From: the human T2T-CHM13v2.0 reference genome, Homo sapiens | Direction: 5' to 3' (one strand) | Assembly (NCBI RefSeq): GCF_009914755.1 | Contig: NC_060948.1 | Length of the DNA stretch: 64,000 bases | Shown here: positions 1 to 11,960 of the stretch, one piece after another | How the letters are laid out: the number at the start of each line of letters is the position of its first letter | Numbering within the stretch: the first letter of the stretch is position 1 | Program-made: the position numbers and the translations under genes | The notes under the pieces: model-generated | What the model was told of the DNA's origin: nothing | The model's database searches: none | The model's input: only the letters and a program-made list of their open reading frames with translations

Positions 1-1248
1 GGAAATGAAATTGAATCAACACGAATGGAAGGGAATAGAATAGACTGTAATGGAATGGACTCGAATAGAATGGACACGAATGCTCAAATTAAATGGACTC
101 GAATGGAATGGAAACGAAAGGAATGTCATCGAATGGAATTGAATCGATTGGAATGAAATCGCATAGAATGGAGTGGAATCAAATGGAATTGAATCGAAAG
201 GAAAGGAAGCGAATGGACTGAAATGAAATGGAATGGAATTGAATGGAAAGTAATGCAATGGAATAGAATGGAACGAAATTTCACGGAATGGAATCAAACT
301 GAATGGAATCAAATCAATGGAATCAAATCAAATGGAATGGAAAGGAATTGAATGGAGTAGATGGGATTGGATGGGATTGGAATGAAATGTACTGGAAAGG
401 ACTCGAATTTCATGAAACGGAATGGAATGAATTGGAACGGAATGGACTCGAATGGAATGGAATGTCATGGGATGGCATCAAATGGAATGGCATCAAATGG
501 AATGGAATCGAATGCAATGGAATGCTATGGAATGGAATGGAATGCATTGGAATGGAATGTCCTCTAATGGAATGGATTCGAGTGGAATGGAATTGAATAT
601 AATGGAGTCGAATGAAATGGAATTGAAAGGAATGGGATCGAATACAATGGAATATACTGGAATGTAATGTAATGAACTCGAATGTAATTGACTGGAATGG
701 AATGTACATGAATGGAATGTAATCGAATGGAAAGTAATCCAATGGAATAGAATCTAATGCAATAAAATCGACTCAGATAGAGTAGAATGTAATGGAATGG
801 AGTGCAGTGCAAAGGAATGGAATGGAATGGAATGCAATGGAATGGAATGGAATGGAATGGAATGGAATGGAATGGAATGGAATGGGATGGAATGGTATGG
901 AATGGATAATAATAGACTGGAGTGAAATGGACTGGAAAGGAATGGACTCAAATTGAAAGGGCTCGAAAGGAATGGATTCAAATGGAATGGTCTGGAATGG
1001 AATGAACACGAATGTAATGCAACCCAATAGAATGGAATCGAATGGCATGGAATATAAAGAAATGGAATCGAAGAGAATGGAAACAAATGGAATGGAATTG
1101 AATGGAATGGAATTGAATGGAATGGGAACGAATGGAGTGAAATTGTATGCAGTAGAAGAGAATAGAATGGAATGCAAGCGAAAGGAAAGGAATGGATTGG
1201 AATGGAATGGAATTCATTGGAATGGAAGGGAATGTAGTGTAATGGACA
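1..1248 (+). repeat. Partial DYZ1 unit (left edge, up to first HaeIII site)
   Basis: Colinear with 3570-4812; EcoRI site at 1210-1215. Confidence 0.9.
811..895 (+). repeat. Near-pure (GGAAT)n microsatellite core of the unit (one per unit, length-variable)
   Basis: After AGTGCAGTGC: 3-4 AATGG, one AATGC, then 5-11 AATGG, usually closed by GATGG AATGG TATGG. Confidence 0.9.
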
Positions 1249-1623
1249 GGCCTGGAATAAAGTGGAATGCTACGGTCTCGAATGGAATAAAAATGTATGG
1301 AATGGAATGCAATGAAACGGAATCGAATGTCATAGAATGTAATGGAATGCAAAAAAATGGAATCCAAAATCATTGACTGGAAAGGCTGGGTGTCGAAAGG
1401 AATTGACTCCAATGGAATGGAATCGAATGGAATGGAAGTGAATAGAATCGAACTAAATCGAATGGAATGGAATTGATAGGAACGGAATGGAAAAGAATGC
1501 AATGATTTGGCATGGAATGGAATCGAATGGCATCGAATGGAATGGAATGGAATGCAATGGAATGGAATGTATTAGAATGGAATGAACTTTAATGGAATGT
1601 ACTCGAATGGATTCGACTGGAAT

Positions 1624-1638
1624 GGAATGTTCTGGAAG
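1624..1638. promoter_or_regulatory. Perfect 3-unit heat-shock element motif (nGAAn nTTCn nGAAn), present in all 18 copies
   Basis: gGAAt gTTCt gGAAg, 375 bp downstream of each GGCC. The motif match is seen directly; HSF1 binding at this site is inference. Confidence 0.55.
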
Positions 1639-1903
1639 TGAATGGACTCCAATGGAATGGATTCAAAAGGAATGGAATCGTACGGAATGGAATCTAATGG
1701 AATGGAATTAAATGGAAATGAATCAAATTGAATAGCACGGAATTGAATTGAATGGAATGGAATGCAATGGAATCTAATGAAACGGAAAGGAAAGGAATGG
1801 AATGGAATGGAATGGGCTGGAATGGAAAGGAATCGAAACGAATGGAATGGAATCGAAGTGAAGAGACTGGAATGGAATGCACTGGAATGGAAGGGAGTGT
1901 AAT

Positions 1904-1918
1904 GGAAGGTTCTCGAAA
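1904..1918. promoter_or_regulatory. Second perfect heat-shock element motif, polymorphic between units
   Basis: gGAAg gTTCt cGAAa; intact in 11 of 18 copies. Function is inferred. Confidence 0.5.
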
Positions 1919-4812
1919 AAAATGGAATCGAATGGAATGGAATTGAATGGAACGGAATAGAGTCGAATGGAATTGAATGGAATGGAATGGACTAGAGTGA
2001 AATGGAATCGAACCACAAGGAATGGACAGGAATAGAATGGTCTCGAATTGAATGGAATCGTATGGAATGGCATCAAACCGAATGGAATGGACAGCCACGG
2101 AATGGAATGCACTCGAATGCAATGGAGTCGAAACTAATGGACTGGAATAGAATGGACTCGACTGGTACGGACTCCAATGGAATGGAATCGAATGGAAGGG
2201 AATCGAACGGAATGGACTCGAAGGGAAAAGACTGCAATGGAAAGGTCTCGAATGGAATGGAAATTAATGGAATGGAATGGAATCGAATGAAATGGAGTCA
2301 AAAGGAATGGAATCGAATGGCAAGAAATCGAATGTAATGGAATCGCCAGGAATTGATGTGAACGGAACGGAATGGAATGGAATCCAAAGGAATGGAATAG
2401 AATGGAATGGAATCGAATGGAAAGGACTCGAATGGAAATCACTCGAATAGAATGCAATTTAATAAAATAGGATCAAATGTAATGGAATGGAATGGAAAGG
2501 AATCGAAACGAAAGGAATGGAGACAGATGGAATGGAATGGAACAGAGAGCAATGGTATAGAACGGAATGGAATCATCTGGAATGGAATTGAATGGAATGG
2601 AATAATATGAAATGGAATGGAATGGAATGGAATGGAATGCCCTTGAATTAAATGGACTGGAATGGAATGGACTCAAACAGAGTGGAATGGAAAGTGTGGA
2701 GATAGAATGGAGTGAACTCCTTTGGAATGGTGTAGTATGCAATGCAATCGACTGGCAGGGAATCAAAAGGAATGTAATCGAATGGATTGGACTGGAATGC
2801 AATGGACTCGAATAGATTGGAAACGGAATGCAAAGGAATGGAATGGAATAGTATGGAATGCAATGGAAGGGAATGGAGTGGAATAGACTAGAGTGGAATG
2901 GAATGGACTGGAAAGCAATGGACTGGAATGGAACTTTCTTGGATGGACTTTAATCAAACGGAATGGAATGCAATGCAATCAAATGGCATGGAATAAATTA
3001 GAATGAAAGAGAATCAAATGGAATTGAATCGAATGGAATCGAATGGATTGGAAAGGAATAGAATGGAATGGAATGGAATTGACTCAAATGGAATGGACTA
3101 GAATGGAATGGATTCGAATGGAAGGCAAAGGAATGGAATCTATTGGAATGGACTGTAATGGAATGGAATGGAAGGGATTGGAATGGACTCGAATGGAATG
3201 GACTGCAATAGAAAGGATTCGAATGGAATGAAAAAGAATTGAATGGAATAGAACAGAATGGAATCAAATCGAATGAAATGGAATGGAATAGAAAGGAATG
3301 GAATGAAATGGAATGGAAAGGATTCGAATGGAATGCAATCGAATGGAATGGAATCGAACGGAATGGAATAAAATGGAAGAGAACTGGCAAGAAATGGAAT
3401 CGAAATGAATGGAGTGTTATGGAACGGACTCAAAAGGAATTGAATGTAATAGAATGGAGTGGAGTGGACTCGAATATAATGGACTGGAATGGAATGAAAT
3501 CACATGGAATGGGAACGAATGGAATGGAATGGAAAGGAACGGAATCGAATGGAAAGGAATCGAATGGAAGGGAATGAAATTGAATCAACACGAATGGAAG
3601 GGAATAGAATAGACTGTAATGGAATGGACTCGAATAGAATGGACACGAATGCTCAAATTAAATGGACTCGAATGGAATGGAAACGAAAGGAATGTCATCG
3701 AATGGAATTGAATCGATTGGAATGAAATCGCATAGAATGGAGTGGAATCAAATGGAATTGAATCGAAAGGAAAGGAAGCGAATGGACTGAAATGAAATGG
3801 AATGGAATTGAATGGAAAGTAATGCAATGGAATAGAATGGAACGAAATTTCACGGAATGGAATCAAACTGAATGGAATCAAATCAATGGAATCAAATCAA
3901 ATGGAATGGAAAGGAATTGAATGGAGTAGATGGGATTGGATGGGATTGGAATGAAATGTACTGGAAAGGACTCGAATTTCATGAAACGGAATGGAATGAA
4001 TTGGAACGGAATGGACTCGAATGGAATGGAATGTCATGGGATGGCATCAAATGGAATGGCATCAAATGGAATGGAATCGAATGCAATGGAATGCTATGGA
4101 ATGGAATGGAATGCATTGGAATGGAATGTCCTCTAATGGAATGGATTCGAGTGGAATGGAATTGAATATAATGGAGTCGAATGAAATGGAATTGAAAGGA
4201 ATGGGATCGAATACAATGGAATATACTGGAATGTAACGTAATGAACTCGAATGTAATTGACTGGAATGGAATGTACATGAATGGAATGTAACCGAATGGA
4301 AAGTAATCCAATGGAATAGAATCTAATGCAATAAAATCGACTAAGATAGAGTAGAATGTAATGGAATGGAGTGCAGTGCAATGGAATGGAATGGAATGGA
4401 ATGCAATGGAATGGAATGGAATGGAATGGAATGGAATGGAATGGAATGGGATGGAATGGTATGGAATGGATAGTAATGGACTGGAGTGAAATGGACTGGA
4501 AAGGAATGGACTCAAATTGAAAGGGCTCGAAAGGAATGGAGTCAAATGGAATGGTCTGGAATGGAATGAACACGAATGTAATGCAACCCAATAGAATGGA
4601 ATCGAATGGCATGGAATATAAAGAAATGGAATCGAAGAGAATGGAAACAAATGGAATGGAATTGAATGGAATGGAATTGAATGGAATGGGAACGAATGGA
4701 GTGAAATTGTATGCAGTAGAAGAGAATAGAATGGAATGCAAGCGAAAGGAAAGGAATGGATTGGAATGGAATGGAATTCATTGGAATGGAAGGGAATGTA
4801 GTGTAATGGACA

Positions 4813-7800
4813 GGCCTGGAATAAAGTGGAATGCTACGGTCTCGAATGGAATAAAAATGTATGGAATGGAATGCAATGAAACGGAATCGAATGTCATAGA
4901 ATGTAATGGAATGCAAAAAAATGGAATCCAAAATCATTGACTGGAAAGGCTGGGTGTCGAAAGGAATTGACTCCAATGGAATGGAATCGAATGGAATGGA
5001 AGTGAATAGAATCGAACTAAATCGAATGGAATGGAATTGATAGGAACGGAATGGAAAGGAATGCAATGATTTGGTATGGAATGGAATCGAATGGCATCGA
5101 ATGGAATGGAATGGAATGCAATGGAATGGAATGTATTAGAATGTAATGAACTTTAATGGAATGTACTCGAATGGATTCGACTGGAATGGAATGTTCTGGA
5201 AGTGAATGGACTCCAATGGAATGGATTCAAAAGGAATGGAATCGTACGGAATGGAATCTAATGGAATGCAATTAAATGGAAATGAATCAAATTGAATAGC
5301 ACGGAATTGAATTGAATGGAATGGAATGCAATGGAATCTAATGAAACGGAAAGGAAAGGAATGGAATGGAATGGAATGGGCTGGAATGGAAAGGAATCGA
5401 AACGAATGGAATGGAATCGAACTGAAGAGACTGGAATGGAATGCACTGGAATGGAAGGGAGTGTAATGGAAGGTTGTCGAAAAAAATGGAATCGAATGGA
5501 ATGGAATTGAATGGAACGGAATAGAGTCGAATGGAATTGAATGGAATGGAATGGACTAGAGTGAAATGGAATCGAACCACAAGGAATGGACAGGAATAGA
5601 ATGGTCTCGAATTGAATGGAATCGTATGGAATGGCATCAAACGGAATGGAATGGACAGCCACGGAATGGAATGCACTCGAATGCAATGGAGTCGAAACTA
5701 ATGGACTGGAATAGAATGGACTCGACTGGTACGGACTCCAATGGAATGGAATCGAATGGAAGGGAATCGAACGGAAGGGAATCGAACGGAATGGACTCGA
5801 AGGGAAAAGACTGCAATGGAAAGGTCTCGAATGGAATGGAAATTAATGGAATGGAATGGAATCGAATGAAATGGAGTCAAAAGGAATGGAATCGAATGGC
5901 AAGAAATCTAATGTAATGGAATCGCCAGGAATTGATGTGAACGGAACGGAATGGAATGGAATCCAAAGGAATGGAATAGAATGGAATGGAATCGAATGGA
6001 AAGGACTCGAATGGAAATCACTCGAATAGAATGCAATTTAATAAAATAGGATCAAATGTAATGGAATGGAATGGAAAGGAATTGAAACGAAATGAATGGA
6101 GACAGATGGAATGGAATGGAACAGAGAGCAATGGTATAGAATGGAATGGAATCATCTGGAATGGAATTGAATGGAATGGAATAATATGAAATGGAATGGA
6201 ATGGAATGGAATGGAATGCCCTTGAATTAAATGGACTGGAATGGAATGGACTCAAACAGAGTGGAATGGAAAGTGTGGAGATAGAATGGAATGAACTCCT
6301 TTGGAATGGTGTAGTATGCAATGCAATCGACTGGCAGGGAATCAAAAGGAATGTAATCGAATGGATTGGACTGGAATGCAATGGACTCGAATAGATTGGA
6401 AACGGAATGCAAAGGAATGGAATGGAATAGTATGGAATGCAATGGAAGGGAATGGAGTGGAATAGACTAGAGTGGAATGGAATGGACTGGAAAGCAATGG
6501 ACTGGAATGGAACTTTCTTGTATGGACTGGAATCAAACGGAATGGAATGCAATGCAATCAAATGGCATGGAATAAAATAGAATGAAAGAGAATCAAATGG
6601 AATTGAATCGAATGGAATCGAATGGATTGGAAAGGAATAGAATGGAATGGAATGGAATTGACTCAAATGGAATGGACTAGAATGGAATGGATTCGAATGG
6701 AAGGCAAAGGAATGGAATCTATTGGAATGGACTGTAATGGAATGGAATGGAAGGGATTCGAATGGACTCGAATGGAATGGACTGCAATAGAAAGGATTCG
6801 AATGGAATGAAAAAGAATTGAATGGAATAGAACAGAATGGAATCAAATCGAATGAAATGGAATGGAATAGAAAGGAATGGAATGAAATGGAATGGAAAGG
6901 ATTCGAATGGAATGCAATCGAATGGAATGGAATCGAACGGAATGGAATAAAATGGAAGAAAACTGGCAAGAAATGGAATCGAAATGAATGGAGTGTTATG
7001 GAACGGACTCAAAAGGAATTGAATGTAATAGAATGGAGTGGAGTGGACTCGAATATAATGGACTGGAATGGAATGAAATCACATGGAATGGGAACGAATG
7101 GAATGGAATGGAAAGGAATGGAATCGAATGGAAAGGAATCGAATGGAAGGAAATGAAATTGAATCAACACGAATGGAAGGGAATAGAATAGACTGTAATG
7201 GAATGGACTCGAATAGAATGGACACGAATGCTCAAATTAAATGGACTCGAATGGAATGGAAACGAAAGGAATGTCATCGAATGGAATTGAATCGATTGGA
7301 ATGAAATCGCATAGAATGGAGTGGAATCAAATGGAATTGAATCGAAAGGAAAGGAAGCGAATGGACTGAAATGAAATGGAATGGAATTGAATGGAAAGTA
7401 ATGCAATGGAATAGAATGGAACGAAATTTCACGGAATGGAATCAAACTGAATGGAATCAAATCAATGGAATCAAATCAAATGGAATGGAAAGGAATTGAA
7501 TGGAGTAGATGGGATTGGATGGGATTGGAATGAAATGTACTGGAAAGGACTCGAATTTCATGAAACGGAATGGAATGAATTGGAACGGAATGGACTCGAA
7601 TGGAATGGAATGTCATGGGATGGCATCAAATGGAATGGCATCAAATGGAATGGAATCGAATACAATGGAATGCTATGGAATGGAATGGAATGCATTGGAA
7701 TGGAATGTCCTCTAATGGAATGGATTCGAGTGGAATGGAATTGAATATAATGGAGTCGAATGAAATGGAATTGAAAGGAATGGGATCGAATACAATGGAA

Positions 7801-8381
7801 TATACTGGAATGTAACGTAATGAACTCGAATGTAATTGACTGGAATGGAATGTACATGAATGGAATGTAATCGAATGGAAAGTAATCCAATGGAATAGAA
7901 TCTAATGCAATAAAATCGACTCAGATAGAGTAGAATGTAATGGAATGGAGTGCAGTGCAATGGAATGGAATGGAATGCAATGGAATGGAATGGAATGGAA
8001 TGGAATGGAATGGAATGGGATGGAATGGTATGGAATGGATAGTAATAGACTGGAGTGAAATGGACTGGAAAGGAATGGACTCAAATTGAAAGGGCTCGAA
8101 AGGAATGGAGTCAAATGGAATGGTCTGGAATGGAATGAACACGAATGTAATGCAACCCAATAGAATGGAATCGAATGGCATGGAATATAAAGAAATGGAA
8201 TCGAAGAGAATGGAAACAAATGGAATGGAATTGAATGGAATGGAATTGAATGGAATGGGAACGAATGGAGTGAAATTGTATGCAGTAGAAGAGAATAGAA
8301 TGGAATGCAAGCGAAAGGAAAGGAATGGATTGGAATGGAATGGAATTCATTGGAATGGAAGGGAATGTAGTGTAATGGACA
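4813..8381 (+). repeat. DYZ1 unit, 3569 bp
   Basis: GGCC to GGCC spacing. Confidence 0.9.
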
Positions 8382-11300
8382 GGCCTGGAATAAAGTGGAA
8401 TGCTACGGTCTCGAATGGAATAAAAATGTATGGAATGGAATGCAATGAAACGGAATCGAATGTCATAGAATGTAATGGAATGCAAAAAAATGGAATCCAA
8501 AATCATTGACTGGAAAGGCTGGGTGTCGAAAGGAATTGACTCCAATGGAATGGAATCGAATGGAATGGAAGTGAATAGAATCGAACTAAATCGAATGGAA
8601 TGGAATTGATAGGAACGGAATGGAAAAGAATGCAATGATTTGGCATGGAATGGAATCGAATGGCATCGAATGGAATGGAATGGAATGCAATGGAATGGAA
8701 TGTATTAGAATGGAATGAACTTTAATGGAATGTACTCGAATGGATTCGACTGGAATGGAATGTTCTGGAAGTGAATGGACTCCAATGGAATGGATTCAAA
8801 AGGAATGGAATCGTACGGAATGGAATCTAATGGAATGGAATTAAATGGAAATGAATCAAATTGAATAGCACGGAATTGAATTGAATGGAATGGAATGCAA
8901 TGGAATCTAATGAAACGGAAAGGAAAGGAATGGAATGGAATGGAATGGGCTGGAATGGAAAGGAATCGAAACGAATGGAATGGAATCGAACTGAAGAGAC
9001 TGGAATGGAATGCACTGGAATGGAAGGGAGTGTAATGGAAGGTTGTCGAAAAAAATGGAATCGAATGGAATGGAATTGAATGGAACGGAATAGAGTCGAA
9101 TGGAATTGAATGGAATGGAATGGACTAGAGTGAAATGGAATCGAACCACAAGGAATGGACAGGAATAGAATGGTCTCGAATTGAATGGAATCGTATGGAA
9201 TGGCATCAAACGGAATGGAATGGACAGCCACGGAATGGAATGCACTCGAATGCAATGGAGTCAAAACTAATGGACTGGAATAGAATGGACTCGACTGGTA
9301 CGGACTCCAATGGAATGGAATCGAATGGAAGGGAATCGAACGGAAGGGAATCGAACGGAATGGACTCGAAGGGAAAAGACTGCAATGGAAAGGTCTCGAA
9401 TGGAATGGAAATTAATGGAATGGAATGGAATCGAATGAAATGGAGTCAAAAGGAATGGAATCGAATGGCAAGAAATCGAATGTAATGGAATCGCCAGGAA
9501 TTGATGTGAACGGAACGGAATGGAATGGAATCCAAAGGAATGGAATAGAATGGAATGGAATCGAATGGAAAGGACTCGAATGGAAATCACTCGAATAGAA
9601 TGCAATTTAATAAAATAGGATCAAATGTAATGGAATGGAATGGTAAGGAATCGAAACGAAAGGAATGGAGACAGATGGAATGGAATGGAACAGAGAGCAA
9701 TGGTATAGAACGGAATGGAATCATCTGGAATGGAATTGAATGGAATGGAATAATATGAAATGGAATGGAATGGAATGGAATGGAATGCCCTTGAATTAAA
9801 TGGACTGGAATGGAATGGACTCAAACAGAGTGGAATGGAAAGTGTGGAGATAGAATGGAATGAACTCCTTTGGAATGGTGTAGTATGCAATGCAATCGAC
9901 TGGCAGGGAATCAAAAGGAATGTAATCGAATGGATTGGACTGGAATGCAATGGACTCGAATAGATTGGAAACGGAATGCAAAGGAATGGAATGGAATAGT
10001 ATGGAATGCAATGGAAGGGAATGGAGTGGAATAGACTAGAGTGGAATGGAATGGACTGGAAAGCAATGGACTGGAATGGAACTTTCTTGGATGGACTGGA
10101 ATCAAACGGAATGGAATGCAATGCAATCAAATGGCATGGAATAAATTAGAATGAAAGAGAATCAAATGGAATTGAATCGAATGGAATCGAATGGATTGGA
10201 AAGGAATAGAATGGAATGGAATGGAATTGACTCAAATGGAATGGACTAGAATGGAATGGATTCGAATGGAAGGCAAAGGAATGGAATCTATTGGAATGGA
10301 CTGTAATGGAATGGAATGGAAGGGATTGGAATGGACTCGAATGGAATGGACTGCAATAGAAAGGATTCGAATGGAATGAAAAAGAATTGAATGGAATAGA
10401 ACAGAATGGAATCAAATCGAATGAAATGGAATGGAATAGAAAGGAATGGAATGAAATGGAATGGAAAGGATTCGAATGGAATGCAATCGAATGGAATGGA
10501 ATCGAACGGAATGGAATAAAATGGAAGAAAACTGGCAAGAAATGGAATCGAAATGAATGGAGTGTTATGGAACGGACTCAAAAGGAATTGAATGTAATAG
10601 AATGGAGTGGAGTGGACTCGAATATAATGGACTGGAATGGAATGAAATCACATGGAATGGGAACGAATGGAATGGAATGGAAAGGAATGGAATCGAATGG
10701 AAAGGAATCGAATGGAAGGGAATGAAATTGAATCAACACGAATGGAAGGGAATAGAATAGACTGTAATGGAATGGACTCGAATAGAATGGACACGAATGC
10801 TCAAATTAAATGGACTCGAATGGAATGGAAACGAAAGGAATGTCATCGAATGGAATTGAATCAATTGGAATGAAATCGCATAGAATGGAGTGGAATCAAA
10901 TGGAATTGAATCGAAAGGAAAGGAAGCGAATGGACTGAAATGAAATGGAATGGAATTGAATGGAAAGTAATGCAATGGAATAGAATGGAACGAAATTTCA
11001 CGGAATGGAATCAAACTGAATGGAATCAAATCAATGGAATCAAATCAAATGGAATGGAAAGGAATTGAATGGAGTAGATGGGATTGGATGGGATTGGAAT
11101 GAAATGTACTGGAAAGGACTCGAATTTCATGAAACGGAATGGAATGAATTGGAACGGAATGGACTCGAATGGAATGGAATGTCATGGGATGGCATCAAAT
11201 GGAATGGCATCAAATGGAATGGAATCGAATGCAATGGAATGCTATGGAATGGAATGGAATGCATTGGAATGGAATGTCCTCTAATGGAATGGATTCGAGT

Positions 11301-11960
11301 GGAATGGAATTGAATATAATGGAGTCGAATGAAATGGAATTGAAAGGAATGGGATCGAATACAATGGAATATACTGGAATGTAACGTAATGAACTCGAAT
11401 GTAATTGACTGGAATGGAATGTACATGAATGGAATGTAATCGAATGGAAAGTAATCCAATGGAATAGATTCTAATGCAATAAAATCGACTCAGATAGAGT
11501 AGAATGTAATGGAATGGAGTGCAGTGCAATGGAATGGAATGGAATGGAATGCAATGGAATGGAATGGAATGGAATGGAATGGAATGGAATGGAATGGGAT
11601 GGAATCGTATGGAATGGATAGTAATGGACTGGAGTGAAATGGACTGGAAAGGAATGGACTCAAATTGAAAGGGCTCGAAAGGAATGGAGTCAAATGGAAT
11701 GGTCTGGAATGGAATGAACACGAATGTAATGCAACCCAATAGAATGGAATCGAATGGCATGGAATATAAAGAAATGGAATCGAAGAGAATGGAAACAAAG
11801 GGAATGGAATTGAATGGAATGGAATTGAATGGAATGGGAACGAATGGAGTGAAATTGTATGCAGTAGAAGAGAATAGAATGGAATGCAAGCGAAAGGAAA
11901 GGAATGGATTGGAATGGAATGGAATTCATTGGAATGGAAGGGAATGTAGTGTAATGGACA
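8382..11960 (+). repeat. DYZ1 unit, 3579 bp
   Basis: GGCC to GGCC spacing. Confidence 0.9.

Larger units (their letters stand above)
1249..4812 (+). repeat. DYZ1 unit, 3564 bp
   Basis: GGCC 1249 to GGCC 4813; single copy of the 15-mer AGGGAATCGAACGGA. Confidence 0.9.

Noticed and set aside
8-18. AAATTGAATCA, near-match to the DUX4 motif TAAYBBAATCA
   Set aside because: It mismatches at the first conserved T, and near-matches are expected in this composition.
274-288. CGAAA-TTTCA-CGGAA as an additional HSE
   Set aside because: Only two correct units; the third is GGA, so it was not counted as a perfect element.
1381-1396. GC-richer patch AAAGGCTGGGTGTCG resembling an Alu 5' end
   Set aside because: It is only ~10 bp, sits in pentamer register and has no further Alu sequence; it is a diverged pentamer cluster.
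761-3372. Six AATAAA hexamers per unit on + (761, 1256, 1286, 2461, 2992, 3367)
   Set aside because: They arise easily from GGAAT followed by an A-rich variant pentamer, and there is no independent evidence of 3' end processing.
6052-6969. 305-aa minus-strand ORF recurring in many units (319 aa at 56007-56966, 313 aa at 62196-63137)
   Set aside because: It is low-complexity and is freely broken or frameshifted between copies (stops at ~2998 and ~10146, shift at ~49277), with no sign of coding constraint.
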